DNA of 64,000 nt from the human T2T-CHM13v2.0 reference genome, Homo sapiens, in NCBI RefSeq assembly GCF_009914755.1, contig NC_060941.1, one strand, 5' to 3'. Both the position numbers and the translations under genes were made by a program. The first letter of the stretch is position 1, and each line of letters opens with the position of its first letter. This document shows, piece after piece, positions 18,150-31,520 of the stretch. The notes under the pieces are model-generated. The model was not told where the DNA came from. It saw nothing but the letters and a program-made list of their open reading frames with translations, and did not search any database.

Positions 18150-19140
18150 ACCTCATTTTTTTCTTTCTCTAACTCCCCTTCCCACCTTTTCCCCTCCCTG
18201 GCATCCCCTGGTAACCTCTAATCCACTTTCTTTCTCTCTGAATCTGCCTTCTCTAGGGACCTTATGCACGATGAATGGTTCAGTATTTGCCCCTGTGCAT
18301 CTGGCTGTTTCACCCGACGTAATGTTTTCAAGGTTCCTCTGTGCTGTAGCATGTGCCAGAATTTCCTTCCTTTTACCAGGCTATGTAATATTCATGGATA
18401 GACCACATTTTGTGTATCTGTTCATCCATCGACAGACACTTGCTTTGCTTCTACGCTTTGGCTGCTGTGAACGATGCTGCTATGAACACCAGCACAAGAG
18501 TCTCTGAGTCGCTGTGTTCAATTCTCTGGGGGCATGTTCCTTGAAGTGGAAGTGCTGGGCCACAGGGTAGGGCTCTGTATAGCTTTTTGAGACACTGTCA
18601 AACTGTTTTTCCAAAGCAGCCACATGCTTTACATTCCTATCTGCAAGGAGCAAGGGTCCCAGTTTCTAACCATCCTTGCCCATTCTTGCTTTTTTTAAGA
18701 TGGAGTCTCACTGTGTCACCCAGGCTGGAGTGCAGTGGCTCACTGCAGCCTCCACCTCCCAGCTTCAATCTTGCTGTCTTTTCTATTGCAGACATCTTAC
18801 TGTGTGCCAGGTGGAGTCTTGTTGAGGGTCTGATTTGCATTTCCTTGGTGACGATGATGTGGAGCATCTTCTCATGTGCCTGTTGGCCATTTGTATGTCT
18901 GCTTTGGAGAAATGTGTAGTAAGTCCTTTGCCTATTTTTAAAAGTGAGCCATTTGCCTTCTTGGTGTTGAGTTGTAGTTCCTGATGTATCCTGGGTTTTA
19001 AACTCTCATCTGAGATATGATGTGCAAATATCTTCTCCCATCTGTTGGTTGCTTTTCCACTTTCTCGATAGTGTCCTCTGATACCTCAGGTTTTAATTTT
19101 GAGGAAGTACAATTTTTCTTTTGTTGCCTGTGCTTTTGGA
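18150..19140 (-). mobile_element. L1MA/MB 3' end fragment
   Basis: 'cccctggtaacctctaatccactttc', 'ggccatttgtatgtctgctttggagaaatgt'. Confidence 0.9.
18690..18768 (-). mobile_element. Short truncated Alu fragment inside L1
   Basis: 'agatggagtctcactgtgtcacccaggctggagtgcagtggctcactgcagcctcc'. Confidence 0.85.
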
Positions 19141-19390
19141 CTCCTACCCTCACCCTTGTTTTAAGGCCTCCTTGACATTTGTTTTCCTAGAGAGTCGTTC
19201 AGGGCCTACAGGTCCCTGTGGGAAATCAGGATGGGAGGGGATCTTAGAGGCCTGTGAACCCCGGCTTCTACTGAGAGGAGAAGCTTCTGCATTCCTGGTG
19301 GAGCAAGCATATCCACCAGAACCACTAGAACCAGCCCCATCAGCACCCACCTCCTTCTGTGTCCTGCCTTTTCCTCCTTTCAAGGGAAGT

Positions 19391-19777
19391 TGTTATGGTT
19401 TGGCTCTGTGTCCCCACCCAAATCTCATGTTGAATTGTGATCCCAACTGTTGGACATGGGGCCTGGTGGAAGGTGATTGGATCATGGGGGTGGTTTTTAA
19501 TGTTTCAGCACCAACCCCCTAGTGCTATCTCATGAGTGAGTTCTCATGATATCTGGTTGTTTAAAAGTGTGTAGCACTGCCCTCTTTGATCTCTCTCCTG
19601 CCACCATGTGAAGATGTGCCTGCTTCCTCTTTGTCTTCTGCCATGATTGTAAGTTTCTGAGGCCTCCCCAGCCATGCTTCCTGTGCAGCCTGCAGAACTG
19701 TGAGCCAATTAAATCTCTTTTCTTTATAAACTACTCAGCCTCGGTTCTTTATGGCAGTGCGAGAACAGATGAAAACA
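19391..19777 (+). mobile_element. MST(A)-type MaLR solo LTR, complete
   Basis: TG...CA ends, MST/THE1 consensus, perfect 5-bp TSD GAAGT (19386-19390, 19778-19782). Confidence 0.92.
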
Positions 19778-20139
19778 GAAGTGCCCTGAGGGAATGCATG
19801 GTCTCCAAGTGCCTTCCATTCACTGGCCAGGCACCGCTGTCTCAGATCACATCCCCAACTTACCTCTTAAATGTTCCCTCTGGAAAGGTAAAAACTCCAT
19901 GATGTCAGAGTCCACTCTGGTTTACTGGTGTGGCCCACACCTCCTAGGGTTCCCTTACATCCACAGTGAGTGAAGAAAGGCAAAGAATGGTGCACAATGA
20001 GGCATGGGTGGCAAAGAGCCTGCTGCCCCCCAGAAATGACCTCACAGTGTCAGGTCACCTAGGGGACCACCTGGTGGGGCTCAGCCTCACAGGCTCTGCA
20101 GCCCCACCCTGTCTGCACTGGGAATGGGTCCTCCTGCTG

Positions 20140-20289
20140 GGCACTGGGGCCACATCAGTTCTACTCATTGACATTGACTGGCACACTCCAGCGAGCACTG
20201 CCAGAGCCTCCCTTTTGGGCAGACAGATGGGAAAGTTTGCTCATCAACACAAAGGCGCTTGGAGCATCCACCTGGAACAGGAGTGAGGA
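20140..20289 (+). repeat. Dispersed duplication A, copy 1
   Basis: About 89% identical to 21574-21725. Confidence 0.95.
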
Positions 20290-21249
20290 TCACACAGGGA
20301 CTGCCTCGGGACATCAGGATGACATGGTCTGACCTGATGTATCTGCTGCACAGGAGGGACATCGTCCCTTGACAATAAAACTATGAGCCTGCGTTGGCCT
20401 GGACGATCATGCCCTGAACAACCTCGCCCTGAACAGCACATCAGGGAGCTGCTCACCAGGGCCTCTGCGGCTGCTGTGGACACTGGTGCGCAAGTGTGTG
20501 TTTGAGTCCCTGCTGAAGTCTCCTTCATCCCAGGGTGGCTGGGAGCACTGCCCTCCCATCCTCTCCTCCATGGGGTGGGATCTTCCCTTCCCCTGAGATC
20601 TGTCAATGACTCTGGCCAGCTCCGTGGACTCTCCTGTGAGTGGGAGCACACTTGCATGCTCCTCCTCCTCCCTGCCACTCACTAGGTGCCCAACCTGGGT
20701 GATGAGCAAGCTTTGTTTGTTTGAGCAAAAAGAGACTCATCTAACAATCTTAGCTTACAGAATTTCTGGGAAATCCAATATAGCAGCTAAGATGCCACTA
20801 TATAAGAAGCAATACTGCCCGGAGAAATACCCATCACTCATGCAGATGCTGCAGTGAAGCTGCAGACCAAACACCAAACCTCCAGGAAATCACTGCAAGG
20901 AAAAGCCACGTGATTCTGCACGTGGCCTCTCCAGAAAGCTGCGTGTCTTCTGGGGCCTGGAGCTCACATGACCTCCTCGGTCTCAGCCAGTCGCGTTTGT
21001 GCACCACCGAGGCTTAGCCAGGTGTCTGGCTGAAGGTGGAGATCAAGCAGAGTGCTCCTGAGGCACGAGGGGCCCCCACTGGCTTTCTCACCCTTCCCCA
21101 GGCGAACCTTGCACTGTCCTGTCCTGCAGATGAGGTGTGCAGTGGGGGCCGCTCCCTGAGGTCCCACCCCCGCGTTACCCACTTGACCATCGACCTCCAA
21201 GTCCTCTGCATCTCTCTCAGGGGATCTTCCCTTTCACCACCCGACTCTT

Positions 21250-21572
21250 ATTTTTGTTTTTAATAGCCTTAATGTTTTTAGAGAAGTTTTACACTCATAG
21301 TGGGATGGATGGGAAGGTACAGAGAGTTCCCACAGACCCCCTGCCCTCCCCATGACATGCACAGTCCCCCACTGTCCACAACCCCCTCCAGAGGGTCCAT
21401 CAGTTCAACGGGTGAACCATACGGACAACGTCATTGTCACCCAGAGTCCAGGGCTCACAGGAGGATTAGCTGTCAGTGTGGTGATCCTGTGGGTTTGGGC
21501 AAATGTGTAAAGACGCAGGCCCACCATTCTAGTGTCATGCATGGCGGTGTCACCGCCCTAAAGAGCCTCTGT
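21250..21572 (-). mobile_element. L1MC/MD 3' end fragment
   Basis: 'ggaaggtacagagagttcccacagacccc...cattgtcacccagagtcca'. Confidence 0.8.
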
Positions 21573-21573
21573 A

Positions 21574-21725
21574 GGCACTGGGGCCACATCAGTTCTACTC
21601 ATTGACAATGACTGGCTCACTCCAGCTAGCACTGCCGGAGCCTCCCTCTCAGGCAGACTGATGGGGAAATTTGCTCATCAACACAAAGGCACTGGGAGCA
21701 TCTGCCTGGAGCAGGAGAGTGAGGA
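21574..21725 (+). repeat. Dispersed duplication A, copy 2
   Basis: First 34 bp identical to copy 1. Confidence 0.95.
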
Positions 21726-22843
21726 CACCCCAGCCCCCGGCATCTACAGATACTCTCAGTGGTTCCATAGTTCAGCCCTTTCAGTCTTGGCGTTTTCAAC
21801 ATTTTTCTCAGAACTAACCCCGGGACAGACTTCACTTCCACCACGGGGAGAAACCAGCGTGGAAGGCAGTAGGAAGATGACAGGGACTGAGGCGTGGAAC
21901 AGACTGCGCGTTCAGCGCAAGCCAGGTTCCTGCTGCCTCTGGTGCAGCTGTGGGGGGAGAGGAGCCCTCAGGAGGGTTTCCCTTCCCAGATGTGTGAGAG
22001 ACTCAGGCACAGGGACCTCACCTCCAACTCCGGCCCCTCAGAGAGGGGTTAATTTCCATATTTCACGATTAATCATTATTATAACTATTTTTAGTTCCAC
22101 AAGACAAGGTAGTTTAACACGCTGTGCATTTTTGCAAGGTATCCTTGATCCTTCTAAAGTAAAATTAAAAGCTATAATTAGCTCCCTTAATAGAGAATTG
22201 CACTTGGTTCGGCGTCAGCTAACAGCGGGCTCCCTTCCCTGGCTGTGGGATTATTAATGGGTGTTATTTTGCTAATAGTCCGCCCCTCTAATGGGGACTC
22301 TTCCCACCGGCCTCTCCTCTTTATAGCCCCACACGGGATCATTCTGACTCTCGGATTCCACTTTCTCACCTACTTCCAAGAGGTTTAAAACATGACCGTG
22401 TAATCAACTTAACACATTTAACATTTAACACGGGGTTCGGCACTTGTGGGGTCGGGGGTCCCTGTTCAGAGCTGACTCTCCCTAAGAAGAAAGTTCTTCC
22501 GAGGAAAGGCATCAAGGCTTTGGCTCTGAACAAGCATGTGAAGCCTGCAGAACGTATCGAGGGCTCTGGGGAGACGTGTTGTTTGCAGAGCAGGCTGACT
22601 TCTGTTTTCAGCCACTGGGGCACAACTCCATTGACTTTGCCAGGCAAGCATTTCCTCTCTGCGTGGGATACCCGCCCCCGTTTCCAATGCTTGTACCCAA
22701 GCCAAGTGGCCCCGGGCGATGGTGGCAGAGGCAGCTCCCCTCCAGCCTCTCCAGGTCCTGCTGCCTGGGAAGCCACCTGCTCCTGAACCCCTGAGTTCAA
22801 CGCATGTTAGAAACTAAAAGCTGAATATACCCCAAGCCTGTGA

Positions 22844-23148
<305 letters not shown>

Positions 23149-23606
23149 GAACTGCTTTTTAGAAATTATGTTTCTTGTAAGTGCAAGGAAAATTCCAGCT
23201 CTGCTAAATGTTTGACATCCTTATGTAATATGTGACTTAGGTAATTTCCATAGTCTGACATCTGGCTCACTCCTAACTCCAAATATCACTGCGTCTGTAT
23301 AAACTCTTTCCCCTCTCCTGAATTAGAGCATGAATGTGGGGATGTGCTTTGGGGCGTTCACCCCAACTGAAGTCTAAGCTCAAGTGTTCTTGGCTCTTGA
23401 CTTTTGGCAAGAACTTGAGCTGACGTCGGTCCTGCCTGCTGCCTGAATGTTCCTGCTTGTGAAACTTGGAGAGGCATGTTCTCCCAGGAGCAGGACATAC
23501 TTGCAGACCCTCCTGCAGACGGGGTGGGGGAGAGAGGAGGCACTTGATCCCACCTGGGCAATGCCAAGGTGCCTCTGCCGTGAGGCACGTACTCTTTCAC
23601 TCTTAA

Positions 23607-23990
<384 letters not shown>

Positions 23991-24356
23991 TAGTGATAGG
24001 TGTGAATAACTATTTGGGAAATAATTTCTTTCCTAAAATATGTCCAGAGAGAGACCAAAGGTAAGAATTTGTTGGGAAGAATCATGAAAAGTCAGTTTTC
24101 ACCTTGCAGTTACAAAGGTGTCAAAAGTGCAGCCGGGCCTGCCTGGGCCAGCCACTGCCCCTGCTGCAACTCCGTCCCCCTCAGCCAGCTCCTGTCGGGC
24201 TGAGCCTCCCAGTGGCACTGAGATGGGACACTTGGCTACCCACCTCTTGCTTGAGAAGCTATGTCCTAAAGTGTCCCCCTGAGCACTCACAACAGAGACT
24301 CGGCAGTGACATCTGGGGAGCCGGTGCCCTCCATGTGGCATTCCTGCTCTGTCCTA

Positions 24357-24983
<627 letters not shown>

Positions 24984-25219
24984 TTAAAGCGCAGGGGGGC
25001 GGTATAGGGGGGTGGTGAAGAATGAAGTGCGTTTGTTGAATTTGTAAAAAGACAGAGAAATATTTTGTTACCTCAAGGGTGTTTTTTTTTTATTTACTGC
25101 TTTCCAAGTCAATACAAATGTTTACCAATTAAGTTCATTTTTTTAAAAAATCAGTAAATTGAAGTTTTTTTTTTACTTTAGTATTTAAGTAACTTCCACT
25201 TACCAGATCCCAAACAAGC

Positions 25220-25552
<333 letters not shown>

Positions 25553-25670
25553 TAACAACAGGCACAAGGGGGAAGGTAGTGAGCTAGAGCCGTCTTCCCC
25601 TCCCCAGCACTGGCGAGGATGCTCACGCTGTGGGGAGACCCCACCATCGGCACACTGCCCTCCCTTCTGA

Positions 25671-26038
<368 letters not shown>

Positions 26039-26519
26039 GTTCTCTCTCTTTTCTGAGTTATAGTCACAGGCAGTGTTTCCAACACAGGGTGTGGCCATTC
26101 CATTTCGCCATCAGGATCCCTGGGTTTCTCATGTGTATCAGCTCTACCTTCCTGCCAATTGCTCGAGAGCCACTTGGGAACCAGAACAAAGTATCCTTCC
26201 CTCTTTTCCCAAGTGCCCCCAGAGGGCTCGCACAGAGCAGACACCACGAGTGGCACAGGGAAGCTGCCCCCTGCCCCACACCCAGCCCAGGGAGGCACAG
26301 AGCACTGGAAACTTCCATGGGTGGGTTTGCACCAGGCCAGGTGTATCCATCAACACATCCTGTAATCCTCTCTACAACTGTATTTTATGAGTGAGGAAGT
26401 AAGATTCAAATGGGTTAGACGGATTTAAACGTATCCCTAATCCACCTCTTAATGACCCCACAGGCTCAGGGCAAGAGCTGAGGGGCTTGGCTGACTGCAG
26501 CGCCTACCCCGTCCCTCCC

Positions 26520-26709
26520 CAGGGCTGCCAGTGTTAGCAAAGAAAAATACAGGCTATGCAGCTTAATTTGAGTTTCAGATAAACAACAAATAATTTGTAG
26601 TACTAGTCTATCTCAAATATGGCATGGAACATATTTACACTAAACACTATTCATTGTTAATCTGAAATTCAGATTTAACTGAGCAGCCTTTATTTTATCT
26701 AGCAAGCTA
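26520..26709. mobile_element. MER53 palindromic hAT MITE
   Basis: 'tttgagtttcagataaacaacaaataa' pairs with 'tattcattgttaatctgaaattcagattt'. Confidence 0.9.
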
Positions 26710-27009
26710 CTCTCCACATCCTCCCCCACAAATTCCAAAGAGCATATTTTGCTGAAGGTGAGGCATAGCCTTCGAAGGAAGGGCACGGCACCTGCCTCCC
26801 CGCTGGCTCCTAATCTCTGCACCCAGACAGGCCAATCACATTTGAACAATTTAGCAGACACTCCTTGGAAGAGAAGAGAAAGTCACCCACCTCTCCACCC
26901 CGACTAAGGCAGGACCATAGGATGGGGCTCCAGGGAGGGCTGGCTCTGCAAGGGCCTCTTGGTGGCTCTGCCAGGTTTGACTATCTCCTGCACTTCGTAA
27001 TTTGGGTCA

Positions 27010-27301
27010 TTTTTTTTTTTTGAGATAGGGTCTCACTCTGTTGCTCAGGGTGGAGTGCAGTGGTGATCAAAGCTCACTACAGCCTCAAACTCTTGGGCTC
27101 AAGTGATCCTCCCACCTCAGCCTCCTGAGCAGCAAGGACTACAGGTGCACGCCACCATGCCTGGTTAATTTTTGTATTATTTGTAGACAGGGGGTCTGGC
27201 TCTGTTGCCCAGGCTGATCTTGAACTCCAGGGCTCAAGCAATACTCCTGCCTTGGCCTCTCAAAGTGCTGGAATTACAGGCGTGAGCTCCCATGCCCGGC
27301 C
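27010..27301 (-). mobile_element. Alu (AluJ-like)
   Basis: TSD ggtcatt. Confidence 0.93.
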
Positions 27302-30300
27302 TAGGTCATTGATGTTTATTTTTTTTTTCATGTTGGTATTCAGTGTCCTTATGACTGGGTGTTTGCCTTTTCTCTTTCCGACCTCCATGCACCTTAACTT
27401 CATGAAACATAGCAAGCATGCTGTGCTCATAACACAAAAATACTTCATGGTACTGGAGGTTTTTAGGGGTGTGGCCAGCTAGCCCAGCTTCCCACCCTTA
27501 CAACGATATCGATATCTGAAGCAACCAACAAAAGCAAAGCGAGGGTGCAGCAGTGAGCTTGGAAACAGAGAGCCTGGCCCATCAGCCTGGGCCTGCAGGG
27601 AACCAAGGAACCTGCAGGGAACCCTGCACCCAGCTGGGCACGCTCATCAGACTGCAATCCCGCCAACAGGTGCCGCTGGAAGCTGCTCACCAGCCCCGCC
27701 AAGCGCCGCGCCCTGGGGCCCCCACCCGTCAGCTTCTGCAAAGGTGCCCGCGCTCAGCAGGGACGTGAACAGTTTTCTTGACACTCCATCCTCATTGAAG
27801 TGAAATCCACGCAGCCAGCATCGGAGACGATGAAATGGGACAAGCTCTCACCGCTGCCCGTGGAGGGATACCTGGCTGGGACTTAAAACCCCTATTACAA
27901 AAATCAGACCATTAAAAAAAACTAGCCAGGAAGAAGCCAGGAGATTTCCCTCCGCCATCTGTTAATTTATAGGGTTATCGGTGTCAGCAATTTAGGAGAA
28001 GTTAAATTATATCACAGCCCCACTCACAACTCTGCCATGGAAACTCAGAAATGTAATCACAAATTTTAATTGAGAAAAATTGCTCTGGATCAAATTCCTT
28101 TTTTTTTTTTTTTTTAAGAAACAGATTAAATTATGTTGGGGGAAGGGGAGTGGCAATATGAGTTTGAAATTAGTTGTGATAAAATTGAGGTGTGATTGTA
28201 AACCAATTTGTGTTTTGTGTATTGTGAGTAATTGTTGGGAGAGAGAAGCCTGTCCGGGTTATTTCTGCTGAATGCCGCACCGTGCCTGGGAAGAACATCA
28301 GCTTTTGGAAACAGAAGTTCACGTCTCAGGCAAAGGAAGGGAAAGGAATAAATGGCCGAACCCCTCCTAAGTCAAGAAAGACACACATTTGGCTCCAAAG
28401 GTTTGAAAGAGGGTGACAGACAGCTGTCACCCTCCCTCTGCTAACATCAGGCTGTTCCCCAGACCCACCCATCTGCAGACAATTTCTCCTGGACCAATCC
28501 CATCCTCGGCTTGCCACTGCCCGACCTGGCCTCTTCCCTCTCCCCAGGCTGCTGGTTGGCGCCTTGATCCATTTGCCATCGGGGCTATCTGAGACGCTCA
28601 TCGAGGTGCTTACCCGCTAACAGCTCTGTGCAGGTGGCATGAGCTTGCATCCCCCACTGCCTTCCTTGTGGAAAGATTAAACATCTCTCAGATGCTGGGA
28701 GGACCCTCACGGTGGCCCTTGGTTACTGGAGTCACCAGGACCTGCAGCACCTTGCCAACACCCTGGCCACCACCTCCTGCCCCTGAGCCCGCGTGGCTCT
28801 CTGTGCCACAGCTGGAGAGGGCCCAGCTGATCAGCAGCTCTGCCAGGCACTGTCCAGGGCTTCCCTAAGGGACATGCCAGCCCACGTCCATCTCTCCTCC
28901 TCCTCCCAGCATCCCCTCTCTTTCACTCTGCCCTCAAACAGCATTTCACTCCATCATTCATTTCTTGGTCTTTGGGCCAAGGTCATGTGTGTGTGCACAC
29001 GTGTGTGCGCTGTGCAGGGGTACCCAGTGTAACTGCCTGCACTTATTTATTTAGAGAAGCAGAGGAAGTGGAGGTGTTGCCAGTTCTTGCCATTTCATCT
29101 TGATTTAGTCATTTTTATATGGCTCACAAGGCATAGGCAGATTTCTCTGTTTCTTTATTTGTTCATTAAAACTTCAATAAAAATGTTATAAAAATGTCTT
29201 ATTTTGGTAGTTAATTGCCATTTCCATTTTAATATGCAAGCGGTGTTGGCTCTTCTCCGAGATTCTTCGAGTCTCTCTGTAAATAATACAGCTGCCTTGG
29301 ACGAATGTTCCCTGCCTGCTGCGTATTTACTCAGTCATCAAAGCGCAAATGTGGTGGGTAACAGATCACTCCCTTCGAGAGAATCCACTCCACTGCCAGC
29401 TCACACACAGCCCTCCACGGGCCACGGCCAAGCGCTGAGCCAACAGAGTTTGCCTCCTGCCTCACACCGGGGTCTTTCAGCCTGAGGTGAGCGCCCCAGA
29501 GAGCTTCCCAGGTTCTCAGATATTTTCCTGCCTTTGGGAAAATGCATCTGTCTCCCTGCGTTTCTCTGAAGCCAGAATCCCGGCCCTTCAGGGCTTGGCT
29601 GAGATCCCCGGCCAGCGTCTGCGTAGGACGGTGGGAGAGGCTGAGTGCAGCGTCTTTCAGAGCCAAACAGAGCCCCAGCTCTGAGGCATGGGGAGAGGAT
29701 CACCCAGGGGACCAGGGGGTGGGGGTGGCGGTGGGCGTGGAAGGCCACCTGCGCTGGGCCTGGATGGCACTAGGCTGAGGGGAGCAGGGGGAGCAGTGTC
29801 AGCAGGGGCCTGGCTGTGGCTTGGGATGGAGATGGGAGCCTTTATGTCCCGCGTGTGAGGGGCCCAGAGGCCTCTTTGCAAAGCTTGAATACCTGGCGCC
29901 CCAGGAAAATGAGAGCCGGCCTGCCGGGCAATTGCTTCCTGTGACGGAGCCAGTTACTGGCACCTCATCTCCACTGGCTCTGAGCTGCACAGGCTCATTA
30001 GAGACCATGGGATGGGGCCTCCGAGGAGCTCTGGGACTGCTCAAGGCCACCAGAGCTGGAATTTGTTGCCACAGCTATGAGAGAGGGGTAAAGCGGGAAC
30101 ATCAGACAACCCTGAACGCCCGGCTCTGTGTGCAGACCTCATTCTCGGACACTTCGAGGCCACACAGGTGTGAGAGGTCCCACTCCCCAATCTATATCCC
30201 CAAATGCTGGTGATGTCCTGTCCTGAGTCCAGGACCCCTCTAGGGTTGGAGCGGGGTAAGCCCCAGAATATCTCACAAGCCAGAGTACCTTCTCCAAGTG

Positions 30301-31049
30301 CAGAAAACGGAGAATTACGGGAAAGTAAAAATTCAGAGGCATGACGCTTGCACATGCGAGGTTTCTGGGCCATAGTGAGCCGCAGGGGAGGCACGTGGCT
30401 CCTGCAGGGGAGATGGAGGGGAGGCACATGACTCCTGTGTCTGAGGTGGCTCCTGCACTCCTGAGCGTGGCCAGGGGTTCTGTAGTGCCAGCAAGGCTGA
30501 TGCACAGAGAGGGGACATGGCTCACGGGTGACAGTTAGGGTCAATGTGCAGAAGAACCAGGGGACTCTTTAAAGGGCAAATGCGCTGTGAATGGAGACTC
30601 TCTTGGCAACGCCAGGGAGAGGAACAGGATTCCTGGGATACCCAGGAAGTCTGTGGGCTGTTCCCTCTGGAAATAGGGGGCTAAGGTGTTCCCAGGCCTG
30701 GTCACCTCCACCCCAGACTTCCAAACTCTTCTGTCTGGCTGCCTCCTCGGCTTTTTCAAGAAGCCTCAGAAGTATCTCAGAAGTATCTCAGATCTTCTGA
30801 GGATGCCCAACACAAGGCTCAATTCCCCTTCCTGTTCCTGCCCAGCTTCCCTGGGGGGTCTCCGCGAGCAACATACCTCTTACCCAGGGGCCCAATCGAA
30901 GATCTAGGGCCTTCGATTCCCTCCTTTCCTTGATGCCAGTATCCAGGCCACCAGCAGGTGTTTCAGGGACCTCCGACACGCCTCCAGAGCCCCCAACACC
31001 TCCAGAGCCCTCCAGCCTCCATGCTCAGCCCGTCCGCCCCCCAGCAGCC

Positions 31050-31520
31050 TGGGTCTGACTGAGGAAGGTCAATCAGCTCGCACCCCTGCCCCACTCAGAA
31101 CTCTCTGGGGCTGTCCACTGCACTGGGATAAAGCAGACGACGGGCTCCTGCAGCCCCTAACTCTCCCCACCTCGTCCCCCTCACCCACTCCACTCCAGCC
31201 ACCCTGGCCTCCAGCTCCTCCACAAATCACAGCCTGTGCTCCACCACGCCCTCCTTTTCCACCAGGCTTTATGGGGCTGTGCCTTCTCAAGCCTCAGCTC
31301 AGATGCCAGGTCCTCAGAGAATCCAGCCCTACAGGAAACAGCCACCAGCCACCCACCCCATGGATTTTCGGGACAGCACGCACCACTCTGGGACCATTCA
31401 CTCAGTCATTTAAACAGCCCCATGCCCAGAAGGCAGGCTCCGTGGGAACTGGTGTTCAGCCTTCCTCTCTGCTCCACCTGCCTGCCCAGAGTAGGTCTGG
31501 CACAAAGTGAGCAGAGATGG
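31050..31520 (+). mobile_element. L2 3' end fragment
   Basis: 'cagctcagatgccaggtcctcagag...gtctggcacaaagtgagc'. Confidence 0.5.

Noticed and set aside
30764-30802. Small hairpin plus 11-bp tandem (ctcagaagtat)
   Set aside because: Too short to distinguish from chance or slippage
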